64,000 nucleotides of DNA from the NCBI GenBank assembly GCA_031426555.1, contig JANPLN010000030.1:87792-151791 (forward strand), in the 5' to 3' direction. Source of the stretch: Bdellovibrionales bacterium. Lineage in GTDB: Bacteria; Bdellovibrionota; Bdellovibrionia; Bdellovibrionales; JAGQZY01. This document shows, piece after piece, positions 1 through 10,477 of this stretch. The position numbers were made by a program, and so were the translations under genes. Each line of letters starts with the position of its first letter. Position 1 is the stretch's first letter. Under the pieces are notes generated by a model, which saw only the letters and a list, made by a program, of their open reading frames with translations, did not search any database and was not told the DNA's origin.

Positions 1-191
1 TGCCGCAAAAACTTATCAATTGATACACCGGCAACGTGTATCGTAAAAGGGACCAATGAGGGAGATGCAGTGCGCAGTTCACGCTGATTGAGACGCGTGT
101 GCCTATTTTTGTTGCTACGGCGGATTTTTTCCAGTGGTCAGCAAGGAATAGTCGTTTACCCTGGCGCGGGATTTGATAGGGTTTATCGATA

Positions 192-1733
192 ATGGAAGAT
201 ATCTTACAGACGCATTTTTCGATGCCGGCCTTTCGCAAGGGACAAAAAGACATTATTAAGTCTGTATTGGACGGCAAAGACACCATCGCTGTTTTACCCA
301 CCGGCGGCGGGAAATCGCTTTGTTACCAGTATCCAGCGGTTTTTAAAAATCAGTTAGTTATTGTGGTGTCGCCTTTGATCGCGTTGATGAACGACCAGGT
401 CGAAAGTTTAACCCGTATGGGAATCCCGGCAGGCTGTGTTCACTCGGATCAAAGCACCGAGCAAAAACGTGAGATGTTTCAGCGTTTGCAGCGCGGAGGG
501 GCTTTTGTTTTGTATGTTTCGCCCGAGCGAACGCAAAAAGAGGCCTTTTTAAATTGGGTGCAAAAAATTCCCGTGGCGCTGTTTGCGATTGATGAAGCGC
601 ACTGCGTGTCGGTGTGGGGACATGATTTTCGCGAAGAGTATTCGCTTTTAAATAAACTCAAAGAGCTTCGCCCAGATGTGCCGATGTTGGCATTGACGGC
701 ATCGGCCACTCCTTTTGTGATCAAGGACATCGCCAAGCAGTTAACACTCGTTACACCGTCGCGCCATGTACACGGGTTTTATCGCAGCAATTTGTATTAC
801 CAGGTAGAAAATTGCGCCGACGAGTTCGAAAAGCTAGAGTTATTGCAAAAGGCGCTTTCGCAAACTCCCGAGGGGCGCGTGATTGTTTATTGTGGGACAC
901 GCAGCCGAACAGAAGAAATCGCAGAGATTTTATCGCGAGAGTTTTCGGGCGTTGATTTTTACCATGCGGGAATGGGCGGAGAGCAGCGGCAAAAAAAGCA
1001 GGAAGATTACAATCGAGGGTCTACGCGAATTCTCCTTGCGACCAATGCCTTCGGCATGGGAATCGATCATCCTGATGTGCGCTTGGTGGTGCATTACCAA
1101 ATGCCCGCCAATATCGATTCGCTTTATCAGGAAATGGGTCGGGCCGGGCGCGATGGCAAGATGTCCACTTGTTTGTTGTTATATGCAAAAAAAGACAAAG
1201 GTCTGCAGTCATTTTTTATTCAGAACTCAAAGGCACCGGCTTCGGTACAAAGTTCTCGCTGGCGGGCGCTGGAAAATCTCGTGGGGTATGCCGAAGGCGG
1301 TGAGTGCCGGCATGCGGAAATTTTAACTTACTATCAAGACTCCCAGCGGATTGAAAGCTGCGGTCACTGCGATGTGTGCGCGCCCGAGTCCACTTTGCGA
1401 ATTAAAAAGCCAGTGTTTTCCGCGACAGCGCGCGGGCCTGTGGCATCGAGCGCCGCGGTGAGGAAAACAAAAAGTCGTTCCTCCAAAGGCGCCGCCGAGA
1501 ACGCGGAACTGACAAAAGATCAACTTCGCATTTTCGAAATATTAAAGCTGTGGCGAAAAGACAAAGCCAAGGAGCTCGACACGCCAGCTTTTATTATCTT
1601 TAGCGATAAAACATTGCGCGATCTTGCGCGCAAACACCCCGTGAAGATGGACGAATTCAAAAGCGTCTACGGCATGGGCGAGTTTAAAATCGAAAAATTT
1701 GGCAAAGAGCTTCTCATGGGACCGCTTTCTTAA
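192..1733 (+). CDS. recQ: ATP-dependent DNA helicase RecQ family (helicase core, Zn-binding region, C-terminal HRDC)
   Basis: LPTGGGKSLCYQ, DEAHCVSVWGHDFR, QEMGRAGRDG, CR...CGHCDVC, HRDC-like WRKDKAKELDTPAFIIFSDKTL. Confidence 0.93.
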   Translation: MEDILQTHFSMPAFRKGQKDIIKSVLDGKDTIAVLPTGGGKSLCYQYPAVFKNQLVIVVSPLIALMNDQVESLTRMGIPAGCVHSDQSTEQKREMFQRLQRGGAFVLYVSPERTQKEAFLNWVQKIPVALFAIDEAHCVSVWGHDFREEYSLLNKLKELRPDVPMLALTASATPFVIKDIAKQLTLVTPSRHVHGFYRSNLYYQVENCADEFEKLELLQKALSQTPEGRVIVYCGTRSRTEEIAEILSREFSGVDFYHAGMGGEQRQKKQEDYNRGSTRILLATNAFGMGIDHPDVRLVVHYQMPANIDSLYQEMGRAGRDGKMSTCLLLYAKKDKGLQSFFIQNSKAPASVQSSRWRALENLVGYAEGGECRHAEILTYYQDSQRIESCGHCDVCAPESTLRIKKPVFSATARGPVASSAAVRKTKSRSSKGAAENAELTKDQLRIFEILKLWRKDKAKELDTPAFIIFSDKTLRDLARKHPVKMDEFKSVYGMGEFKIEKFGKELLMGPLS

Positions 1734-1749
1734 GCAGCCCAGTAAACTA

Positions 1750-2708
1750 TTATTCTTTTTTCAAGCGAATGGTTGCAACCTCGTAAAGATTGCTGCCGTC
1801 AACCTGAACCAAGGTTCCAGTGAGGTCTCCCAAGCTCCAAATTTGCGCGATGAGAACTAATTTTCGCCTGGATGAAGAAACGTAAGTCGTTTCGATGGCC
1901 GGGTACTCCGACACCATTAATTCCGTGACGTCAAACAGGTTTTCTTCCTCTTGGAACACATAACTTTCACCGTTATAATTAATTGAGTTGCCAAATTTTA
2001 CGATATATTTTTCGTTGGCGCTTTCGCGAATTTCTAGCTTCTGCAATTGATTTGTAGCAAAACCACTCATCAACGAAAATGCATCACCGGACCATGCTCC
2101 AAAATACTGCTTATAAAACAGTTGATTTGCATCAGAGCGATACTTTAGATCCACTTGGTCAGAGGTCGATTCATGCACGGTTTTACCGTCTTTAACTACT
2201 TTTCGTGAACGGTGCCACTCCAGCGATAGTTTGCCTTCCATTTTTTTGTCATTTTTAGAGATTTTCCCATCCATGCAATAATAAACAACGTATTCCTGGT
2301 TGTATCGAAGGATGTTGGAGCAGACTATAAACTGACTGGTTTCGCCGAGATCCTCGGAGATGTTTTCCCCGCCATCAAGCTGAAGGTTACTGTAGCCCTT
2401 CCCGAGGACCAGAGGATTTTTGAAGTAATTCTTTACCGTCTCAGGATTGATATTTTGGCGGGTTAAAAGCTGAGTCTCTTGGGGAGTCAGTTCGCCGTTG
2501 CGAATCGCGGTGATAACAATGTCGTGGCGCCCAGATTCGTTTTTGATTTCGAACTGCAAATCCAATTGCGATCCAGCGTCAACGGTGGCCTTATACTGCC
2601 CCGAAATATCGAGAGAGTTTTCACGTCGCTCTTTTTTTTGGCCTCCGAGGCGCACGAAACCAAAATCATCAACCCAAAGACCATTGTGAAAAGTTTTACG
2701 AATGTCAT
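1750..2708 (-). CDS. Putative lipoprotein split by a frameshift at an A8 tract (frameshifted gene, pseudogene or sequencing error)
   Basis: AGGAG RBS, ATG 2708 and signal peptide/lipobox (MTFVKLFTMVFGLMILVSC) are in one frame; the ~295-codon body (ERRENSLDISGQY...) continues in the -1 frame after GCC AAA AAA AAG (T8 at 2632-2639 on +). Confidence 0.7.
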
Positions 2709-2888
2709 TGTTTCTCCTGAAATTTATAGGGAGCCAATATTACCATCGGCGGCGATCATTTGCTTTTATGCTCGAACACTAGAGCAACAATTACAAAGTT
2801 GTCAAAAGCTTAAACAGGCGGATCGCTCTTTCCTCTTTTTGTTGCCAGTAGATAACTAGCTGATTTGTGCAAGGTCGGTGCTCAGTCC

Positions 2889-3230
2889 TTAAGGAGGAGG
2901 GTTTCTCCTTGGACCGCGCATGGCATAAGGTACGATTCGGCTCACTTCACAGTCGTTCAGCAGAATGTAGTCCAGCACACTCAAGAAATCTCGCCCCCAT
3001 GTGACCACCCTTGAATAGGGTTTCAATATCCAAAGCCCCTTTCCCAACTTTTGAGAAATGACTCCCGTGAGCGCTTGAGAAAAAAGATTTGCACTATTTT
3101 TAGATTTCAAAACAAAATGCAGAGGTTTACGACTGTCCAAAATACGAGCGATTTTGCGTTTTCCTTTTACAGATAAAGAGCCACCAAACTCCTTCACAGT
3201 TGGTTTAAAAAAACTCATTTGTCGGGCCAT
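2889..3230 (-). pseudogene. Internally deleted Y1/HUH (IS200/RAYT-like) transposase derivative
   Basis: N-terminal QMSFF..KEFGGSL..GKRK.AR.LDS.KPLHFVLKS and C-terminal W...PYSRVVTWGRDF..V.DYILLN resemble Bdellovibrio-type Y1 transposases as I recall them; the central HUH segment is absent; only 113 aa; GGAG RBS before ATG 3230. Confidence 0.6.
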
Positions 3231-3700
3231 TATTTTCTCCACTGTTTTCTCTTCTTAAAAAAACAATATACATCCATTTTTAAAAAACTATTTTTGAAGA
3301 AAATAAAAAATAAAACCCCAACTAGATATAACGCTTTATCGTGTTTTAAACAGCGATAATAGCTTTGCCCCGAAGAGAAAATCGAATCACTGAACCGCTT
3401 GGTGAGTTTTCGACAAAAACCCTAATGAAGAAAATTTAAGGAGACAAAACAAGCGTCAAGGACTGGCGACGGTTGTCAGAAAATATTTATCAGAAACCTA
3501 TTTTCAAAAAACCTACTTCGTACAGCTTTTTGGGAGCCCAATGCATTAATGGTGCTGGAGCGAATTTCGACTAACCAGGAGGATTGCAAGACTGGTGCTC
3601 TGTTGATCAGGAGGATCAGACGAAACGGGATTAAAAGGGCAGCGGCCCTTTTTGTTCAGGATGAACTTTTCCACATAAAATAAAAACTTCTAAACGCAAT

Positions 3701-3728
3701 AAAAAAGGCTTCAAATATTTTTGAAGCC
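3701..3728 (-). terminator. Rho-independent terminator of the 6095-3750 gene
   Basis: GGCTTCAAA/TTTGAAGCC stem followed by T6 on the minus strand, ~20 nt after the stop. Confidence 0.7.
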
Positions 3729-3749
3729 GTTAAGCTGAATGATTATTAA

Positions 3750-6095
3750 TTACTTCTTAATTTCTCGAAGCATTTCGCGCAAATCCAGCATTAAATCTTG
3801 TCGTCTGTTGCTGTACTCCAACATTTTCGCAGGGTACACTTTATCGTTATAAGCAGTCATGGCCACTTCGTAAGCCTGGAGTGCTTTTGGATAATTATCC
3901 ACAGCGAGATCCTGAGTGATTTTTTTTGCAAAAATCTCGATACCAGCATGATACTTCTGCTCATACGCGTTTAAATTCAAAGTACGACCTTTTTTAAGAT
4001 CTTTACCAACCAAGTTTAGAACTCTCGCGGGAACTTGCTTCACCAGTACGCTTTCGTCGGATGTGTAACTGTAGCGTTTTTGAGCAACGGGTTTAGTAGG
4101 TTCTACCAGACCACTTGGTTTAAAGCCTTTGAGTGTGAGGTCAGAAAACTGTGACTTGGACGTATTCGTCGCCTCTAAATCAATCGGAAGTTTGATTTCG
4201 ATTTCGCCACGGTTTGCAAGTTCAAGAGAATGGATAGCTGTGTCGCCAATGGTTCCTGCTTGAAAATACTTTGCCATGTCTAAACTGTCATTTTGACCGT
4301 TAACGATATCTACCATCGAAATTTCATACGAGATCTCGATGCGTTCGAGCACAGGTTGGCTGGCTAGATTTTCGAGAACTTCTTTGTTTTTTAAAAAAAC
4401 ATCGATCGCAGACGTATCTTTGCTTTCAATCGTTTCAAAGTCCGTGTACTTGCCGCCGTACCAATTTCGTTTTTCAACGGGCATGACTCTTTGAGTAACA
4501 ACGATTTCAAAACCATTTTGTTGAGCTTGTTTAATTTCGTTTTCTAATTTGAGCTTAGTCAAAGAACGATCAATCAAACGTTCGAAATAATCCGCGTAAG
4601 TGCCCTCGAACTTTTCAAGGGATCCATCTGTAGAAATCAGTTCAAAGCTTGTTTTGTGATTAAGAAGTCCAAGGGAATTGAGCTCCGAAATACATTCTTT
4701 TCCAACAACATCACATACATTTTGTTTGTTTTGGCTAAGAACGAAACTAGATGGCTTTGATAAGTTGAGGTTTTCAAGAGAGCGTATAGGTGTATTTAAG
4801 GGACGAACTTTTGTCATCTCGACAATCAATTTTTCTTTACGATCAAAACTCATATCAGAAGAACCGTAAAGGGAAATTTTCATGTTCACGCGAATTTGCT
4901 GAATGGGGCGTACAATCAGCCACATGTTGGCGTTGGCGTTGCCAGTTGTACTGGCGATCTCGGAAAGATTTTTATTGATTGAATCACGTAAAACTTTTAT
5001 TTCAGCTGCAGTTCCAGTAACAATAAACGAATCATCCACACGACTGACTTCTTTTTTAGTCTTAACATACATCGTACGGGTCTGATTTTTATTTCCAATA
5101 GCTGCGGATCGATCTCCAGTAGAAATTTTGAATTCAGGAAGGTATGCTTTGTGTGCATTGTCCGAGCTAAGACCTTCTTTGGTATTGAAGTTGATAATTT
5201 GTTGGCGAACGGTCTCGATATTTTCAACGCTGCCGAACCCCCAAAGAGATACTCTAAAAGCAAAGTTGTCATTAGCTTGAATTTTTTCGAAAACATCGCC
5301 ATTTCCTGATTTGATAAAAAAGTCGCGCGCGGCTCCAACGTCAGCGGCAAATTTACTGATCTGTTCATTCAAGGCCAGCTGGTCATTAGCGAACTTCTCT
5401 TGAGCAATTTTTAACGTTTCTTGAGCCTGAGCCAAGGCTTTTTGGGCTGAGACCAAAGATTTTTCACGTGCGTCCAGTTCTTTAAGGTCCGTTTCGAGCT
5501 CTTTGAGTTGCTCGGCAAGATTTTTTTCAGTGGCCGCATACTTTTCGTTTCTAGATTTTTCTTCTTTATCAAGAGCAATTAATGTGTCTTTTTTTAATTT
5601 TTCTATGTCACTGTTCGCGCGAGCTTTTTCGGTGGCGAGCTCAGATTTAACGCGATTAATTTCGGCAACAAGGTCACTTTTTTCCTGTGCAATGGTTTCA
5701 CGAGTTTGACTAAGAACCATCTCTTGCTTGGCGATTTCGCTGCGAATGACAGCGATTTTCTGTTCAATTTGGTTTAGGCGAGCGGAGGCATCGCGGATTT
5801 CTTCGTTCAACTTACTAAGTTGATGTTCACGGTCGCTTCTTTGTCGAGAGAAAATCATTTCTTTTTCTTTAAGTTCTGTTTTCAGGGTTTCTGATTCTGA
5901 GATCAGTTGTTGTAATTGCGCGTTCAATTCTTGGTTCTTTTGAGTTTCACTTTTTGCTTTTTCAGTTTCTACAGCAAATTGACCCTTTTGATTCTCAAGA
6001 TCTCTTTTTTCACTTTTATTGTTACATGCCATTAAGACTGAGGCGCAAATTCCGGTGGAAATTATTGTTCTGAAAACTTCTTTTTTATTAATCAT
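3750..6095 (-). CDS. Large lipoprotein with long N-terminal coiled coil; function unknown
   Basis: GGAGG RBS, ATG 6095, lipobox VLMAC, ~220 aa of E/K/Q/L-rich heptad-like sequence, unrecognised C-terminal region. Confidence 0.75.
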   Translation of the reverse strand: MINKKEVFRTIISTGICASVLMACNNKSEKRDLENQKGQFAVETEKAKSETQKNQELNAQLQQLISESETLKTELKEKEMIFSRQRSDREHQLSKLNEEIRDASARLNQIEQKIAVIRSEIAKQEMVLSQTRETIAQEKSDLVAEINRVKSELATEKARANSDIEKLKKDTLIALDKEEKSRNEKYAATEKNLAEQLKELETDLKELDAREKSLVSAQKALAQAQETLKIAQEKFANDQLALNEQISKFAADVGAARDFFIKSGNGDVFEKIQANDNFAFRVSLWGFGSVENIETVRQQIINFNTKEGLSSDNAHKAYLPEFKISTGDRSAAIGNKNQTRTMYVKTKKEVSRVDDSFIVTGTAAEIKVLRDSINKNLSEIASTTGNANANMWLIVRPIQQIRVNMKISLYGSSDMSFDRKEKLIVEMTKVRPLNTPIRSLENLNLSKPSSFVLSQNKQNVCDVVGKECISELNSLGLLNHKTSFELISTDGSLEKFEGTYADYFERLIDRSLTKLKLENEIKQAQQNGFEIVVTQRVMPVEKRNWYGGKYTDFETIESKDTSAIDVFLKNKEVLENLASQPVLERIEISYEISMVDIVNGQNDSLDMAKYFQAGTIGDTAIHSLELANRGEIEIKLPIDLEATNTSKSQFSDLTLKGFKPSGLVEPTKPVAQKRYSYTSDESVLVKQVPARVLNLVGKDLKKGRTLNLNAYEQKYHAGIEIFAKKITQDLAVDNYPKALQAYEVAMTAYNDKVYPAKMLEYSNRRQDLMLDLREMLREIKK

Positions 6096-6447
6096 CGTAT
6101 CCTCCGATAAATTTTTAAATAAATAACCTTTTCTGTGTACTAAGCATGAAGTGTACCAACCTACCTCCGCGTCCATATTTGCAGTTCTTCGCGATGAGAG
6201 GTTGAGCTAAGTAGTTGAAAGTCAGAAGGATAAGTCAGAAGTGTTTAAGAAATTGATAGTTTCAATTTTCGATTCAAGCGCTGTATAAAAGAGTATAGAC
6301 TGTCAACTTGAGCCCCTGAGTGTCATATGAAAATGCATATATTGAATTTGAGTTTTATAAATTTTCATTTTATTGCGATTAAGACCCTTCGGGACACAGC
6401 CTTAATCACCTTTGACAAAGACCTCAGCTCCTTTTAGCTTTCTGCCC

Positions 6448-6924
6448 ATGAAAAGATCAATTCGCCCGGCCACCGCTTTAGATGTTCCATTTATTTTGCA
6501 AATGATTCGCGCGCTTGCGGACTATGAAAAAGAGCCCCTAGAGGTCACGATCACAGCCGATGAGTTACTGAGGGATGGATTTGCGGACAAACCTTTGTTT
6601 CAGTGTTTGGTTTTACAGCTCGATGAAAAGCCCGTGGGATTTGCTTTGTCCTACAATCGGTATTCTACATGGAAAGGGAAGACACTTTATTTGGAAGACT
6701 TGTTTGTTATTCCCGAGGCCCGTGGTCAGGGGTTAGGCAAACTGGCCATGGTGGAGTTAGCAAGGATTGCTCGAGATTCTGGTTGTGTTCGCTTTGAGTG
6801 GCAGGTTTTGGATTGGAATCAGCCGGCTATAGATTTTTATAAATCTTTCGGCACTTCGTTGCAGCCGCAGTGGGTAACATGCCGCCTGGATAGGCAGGGT
6901 GTGGACGAGCTGGCACGCGAGTAA
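6448..6924 (+). CDS. GNAT N-acetyltransferase (SSAT/polyamine acetyltransferase-like)
   Basis: YSTWKGKTLYLEDLFVIPEARGQGLGK, WQVLDWNQPAIDFY. Confidence 0.9.
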   Translation: MKRSIRPATALDVPFILQMIRALADYEKEPLEVTITADELLRDGFADKPLFQCLVLQLDEKPVGFALSYNRYSTWKGKTLYLEDLFVIPEARGQGLGKLAMVELARIARDSGCVRFEWQVLDWNQPAIDFYKSFGTSLQPQWVTCRLDRQGVDELARE

Positions 6925-7016
6925 ACGCCTCAAAATGATCCATAATATCATTATTGCCATCTTAACTTACGCAGACGCCTTGAAGTTTGCTAAGATAAGG
7001 AGGTACGGGGGATTCT

Positions 7017-7817
7017 ATGTTTAAATGGATAAGCGCCTGCTTTGCTATTTTAGTTGTTCTTTTTGCATTCCAAAACTGCTCACAAAAATCATTCAGTGCC
7101 AAAGAGAGCGCGTCTGCGCTGTCCGTTGGATCAGATACTGAGTCGCAGTTCGACGAGGACGCCACTACTGACAATAACAACTCAACGACGCCCAAGGATT
7201 TAGATGAGGACATCGTAACATCTCCTCCGAGAGAGGAAGTTAACTTTACCAATTGTCAGTCTTTCCAAGAGTTAACGGGCGATTCCATCGTTGTTCCAGC
7301 GCGCACAGCAAATAACGTCTGTTACTACGTGCGATTCATGACGGAACAATCAGCGGCAAAATCCGGGACTCGCGGTGAAGCTTTGGCGAGTGATGTGATT
7401 GCCAGTCCGCATACGCGACCCGACGGGGATATGCATCCCTATGTTTTGGGACAAAAAGAAATCACTCAGTTACAACTTTTAGGACCTCGCAATGTGGCTT
7501 TGTCGGGAAGTTTTTCAAACGCCCAGGCCAGCATGTCGATCGATATCTTTTTTCTTTTGGAACAGAGCACAGAGGTGGGATCGTACCGCGCTTGGGCTTA
7601 CGGGACGGCCGATGCCGAACCTGCCGGGGGCAAGATCACAGTTGGCAATTATGTGGTTGAAAATTTTTATTCCTACGCATCAGGAGGTACGGCTAGGGTC
7701 ACTGCCATCGACATGACTTCGGCGATCCCCTCAGGCCTTAAAATGAGCATTCGTTTTCGCGGCCTCGACTGTGGTTCTTCGGCCCAGGCCAGCGATGTGT
7801 TTATGGTGTTTCACTAG
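7017..7817 (+). CDS. Hypothetical lipoprotein
   Basis: Signal peptide ending FAFQNC, acidic linker, beta-rich C-terminal domain. Confidence 0.75.
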   Translation: MFKWISACFAILVVLFAFQNCSQKSFSAKESASALSVGSDTESQFDEDATTDNNNSTTPKDLDEDIVTSPPREEVNFTNCQSFQELTGDSIVVPARTANNVCYYVRFMTEQSAAKSGTRGEALASDVIASPHTRPDGDMHPYVLGQKEITQLQLLGPRNVALSGSFSNAQASMSIDIFFLLEQSTEVGSYRAWAYGTADAEPAGGKITVGNYVVENFYSYASGGTARVTAIDMTSAIPSGLKMSIRFRGLDCGSSAQASDVFMVFH

Positions 7818-8769
7818 TCTCTTCGATAACAATAAGATCCGTCATGTCCTGATAATCATCAATGTTCATAAAAACATCAGGGAGTTGGTTGATGAGCCAC
7901 GGGACATCGTTTTCGGCGTTTTCCATAACCAATTGTGCTGTGGGCGACGAACTAAATTCTTGCGCGTAAGTGATGCTCCACTGTTTCAAGCTCTCAATTT
8001 CGGCTTGAGACACTAAGATTTTGATATTTTCAAATTCGTTGGTCTGGGATAGTTCCTTTGCGATCATATGCTTCCCATACAGAAAGTAGAAAACTTTATA
8101 GACGAGGTCGCTGCCGGGAATGAAGTAGTCTTCTGAGCGCCAATCAACACACATGGCAAACTCAATTCCGCCATCATAGGGAGATTTCATGCGAGCGCCG
8201 GTACGTTGTAAAAAACTAAGTGTGTCTCGCATCTGCTCAGAGCAGTCGGCAACATAAAAGCTCATGATGTCAGAGTTGATCAGTTTGCAGCTCTTGCTTG
8301 CGATATCAAAGGAGTAAAGATTTTTTTCGCTTTCGCACTTGCAGCTGTTCACGTTTACATTTCCGCTAGCGTCGAGACTGCACTGAGCTTTGGGCTGTGA
8401 AGGGGTATAACCCTCGTGTTGATTGATCTCGCTGGTTATTTTGTTGATTTCGTTTTTGATATTTTCTACGGTCAGTTCTATGCCCATATCGACAGTCATT
8501 TTTTGTGAGATCACTTTGCTATCTCTTTCGGGAACACAAAGGTACTGACCAGATACAGAATTAAGCTGCAGTTTAAAGGCAGGCATTCCCTCTTGCTGGC
8601 CAAGTTGCTCACAATTGCTGGAAATTAACTGGCCTGCTTGAATGACCACATCGGCCTGTACGGCTTCGATTGTTTCACTCTTTTCGAGGACCACGGTGAT
8701 CGTGGTATTTTGCTGAGCGGTCGCTACGGCGGTGAAGGTGTTTAAAAAAACTAAAATTGTTGAGATCAT
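7801..8769 (-). CDS. Hypothetical secreted protein
   Basis: AGGAG RBS, signal peptide ending ATA, several Cys; 322 aa ORF. Confidence 0.7.
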   Translation of the reverse strand: MISTILVFLNTFTAVATAQQNTTITVVLEKSETIEAVQADVVIQAGQLISSNCEQLGQQEGMPAFKLQLNSVSGQYLCVPERDSKVISQKMTVDMGIELTVENIKNEINKITSEINQHEGYTPSQPKAQCSLDASGNVNVNSCKCESEKNLYSFDIASKSCKLINSDIMSFYVADCSEQMRDTLSFLQRTGARMKSPYDGGIEFAMCVDWRSEDYFIPGSDLVYKVFYFLYGKHMIAKELSQTNEFENIKILVSQAEIESLKQWSITYAQEFSSSPTAQLVMENAENDVPWLINQLPDVFMNIDDYQDMTDLIVIEETSETP

Positions 8770-8882
8770 ACAGACTCCTTAGAGTTATTTTTTGGAGTTG
8801 TAACACAGAAAACAGAGATTTTATTTGTGGTGTAGATGATCTGCAAAAAATTCAAAGCCTTTTGTAATAATAATTTGAACGT

Positions 8883-9638
8883 CTACGAGGGCGTCGATGC
8901 TCTAGACATCTCATAAAATAAAATGCTGGCAGCGATGGTTGCATTGAGGGATTCAATGTCTCCTGGGTAGGGGATGGAAACCTTTTGGCAGCGGAGGGAC
9001 GACGGTACACCTTGACCCTCTTCGCCTAGCAAAATACGCCATGGCTGCGAAAAATCAGCGGTTCGCACGCTGGGGGCCGCGAGATCCATAGCCAGCAGGC
9101 GTTGCACGTCTCCAAGATGTTTAATCGAAGGACCTTTAAAATAATTAAGGCCAAAGCAGGCGCCAGAGGCGGCTTTGATGGCTTTAGGGTGGAAGGGGTG
9201 GCAGCTCTCTTCTAATAAAATCACATTTTGTATTCCGAAGGCTTTGGCGCTGCGAAGAAGGGCGCCAAGGTTATTAGGGTCCCCCAGAGCGCAGAGAAGC
9301 TCGTGGGACTGGGGCATGGCCTCGTGTTTCCATTTCTGGATTTCGGGAGTGGGAAGGCAGGCTAAGGGCTTTTCGCTGCCCACCACATCGAGAGTGCTGA
9401 AAAGATCTTTTGGTAAAACCACGCACTGCAGATCGGGCTGCATGGCAAAGAGGGGGTGCGAATCGGAATGGAAAACCCAAAAGGCGTCTTTCGGTGGTTG
9501 GAGCGCCATCTGCTCCGCAATGATTCTTTCGCCGCTGACTAAGCAGAGTTGTTCTTCACGAACTCCTTTGCTTTTTGTCAGGGAGAGAAGTTTTTTGTAG
9601 AGCGCATTTGCGCTACTTTCGATTTTTTTAATTTTCAT
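8883..9638 (-). CDS. TrmH/SpoU family RNA methyltransferase
   Basis: DPNNLGALLRSA, LGEEGQG, IESLNATIAASILFYE SPOUT motifs. Confidence 0.92.
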   Translation of the reverse strand: MKIKKIESSANALYKKLLSLTKSKGVREEQLCLVSGERIIAEQMALQPPKDAFWVFHSDSHPLFAMQPDLQCVVLPKDLFSTLDVVGSEKPLACLPTPEIQKWKHEAMPQSHELLCALGDPNNLGALLRSAKAFGIQNVILLEESCHPFHPKAIKAASGACFGLNYFKGPSIKHLGDVQRLLAMDLAAPSVRTADFSQPWRILLGEEGQGVPSSLRCQKVSIPYPGDIESLNATIAASILFYEMSRASTPS

Positions 9639-10425
9639 CGTCTTCGAAATCCTCATCCGTCGCAGGCTCTAATTCCTTGCTACGAATTTTACGAAATACA
9701 ATTAACCGACGTTCGTGTTTTGTGTGCGGTAAAACATAGGGTATGTTTTTTTCGAGCTCGTAGTAATGTCCCCAGTCTTGGATTGCCAAATCGATTTCGG
9801 GTTGAACGTTGGGACCCTTCATTAAAAACACTTTGCCGTGGGGCTGTAAACAATGAATAACGTTGGCGAGAGTGTTGCGGCAGTCTTCGACCGCGCGAGT
9901 GATCACTCCGCCCACCGGGTAAACAAAATCGGAATTGATATTTTTCCCGAGGATATCCAAGTTTTCCAGTTGCAGATGTTCGCGAGCTTTTTTTAAAAAC
10001 TCCACGCGCTTTTGCACACCCTCGGCGAGCAAAATGCGTTTGTCGTAGGGGATCACCATTCGCAAAGGAATTCCTGGAAAGCCCGGGCCCGTGCCGACAT
10101 CGAGTAGAGGAAACGTGAGGTCCACCAGGCGCGGTACAATGAGGCAGTCGATGAAATGTTTAATCGCCACATCACGGAAGTTGTGCAGGCGCGTGAAATT
10201 TTCACTATTTTGTTGCTCCATCAACAAAAGATAAAACTTCACCAACTGAGTGCGAACCTCGTGGGGGACGTCTGCAAAATCATGATTCCGAAAAATATCG
10301 TAAAGCCGATCCTCGGCATCATTTTGTTTTAATATAACGTTGGGTTTTTTATGTTTTCCAACTCGGAGATGGGCTCCTTTATGGTGACCCATGGGACTGA
10401 TGTTTGTTCGATTTTTGTGCGCCAT
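9628..10425 (-). CDS. rsmG: 16S rRNA m7G527 methyltransferase RsmG (GidB)
   Basis: NFTR...[37 protein letters not shown]. Confidence 0.9.
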   Translation of the reverse strand: MAHKNRTNISPMGHHKGAHLRVGKHKKPNVILKQNDAEDRLYDIFRNHDFADVPHEVRTQLVKFYLLLMEQQNSENFTRLHNFRDVAIKHFIDCLIVPRLVDLTFPLLDVGTGPGFPGIPLRMVIPYDKRILLAEGVQKRVEFLKKAREHLQLENLDILGKNINSDFVYPVGGVITRAVEDCRNTLANVIHCLQPHGKVFLMKGPNVQPEIDLAIQDWGHYYELEKNIPYVLPHTKHERRLIVFRKIRSKELEPATDEDFEDDEN

Positions 10426-10477
10426 GTTAGGCGCCAATATGATTGATAAAAAGTCTGCAGGCAATCATATTTTGGAC

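Noticed and set aside
3243..3700. Structured ncRNA or REP elements beside the transposase remnant
   Set aside because: Only isolated short hairpins (e.g. AAAAGGGC-AGCG-GCCCTTTT) were seen; no repeated unit or recognisable riboswitch
10391..10464. Apparent 5' overlap of the pheS and rsmG ORFs
   Set aside because: Artefact of longest-ORF calling; plausible starts are 10478 and 10425
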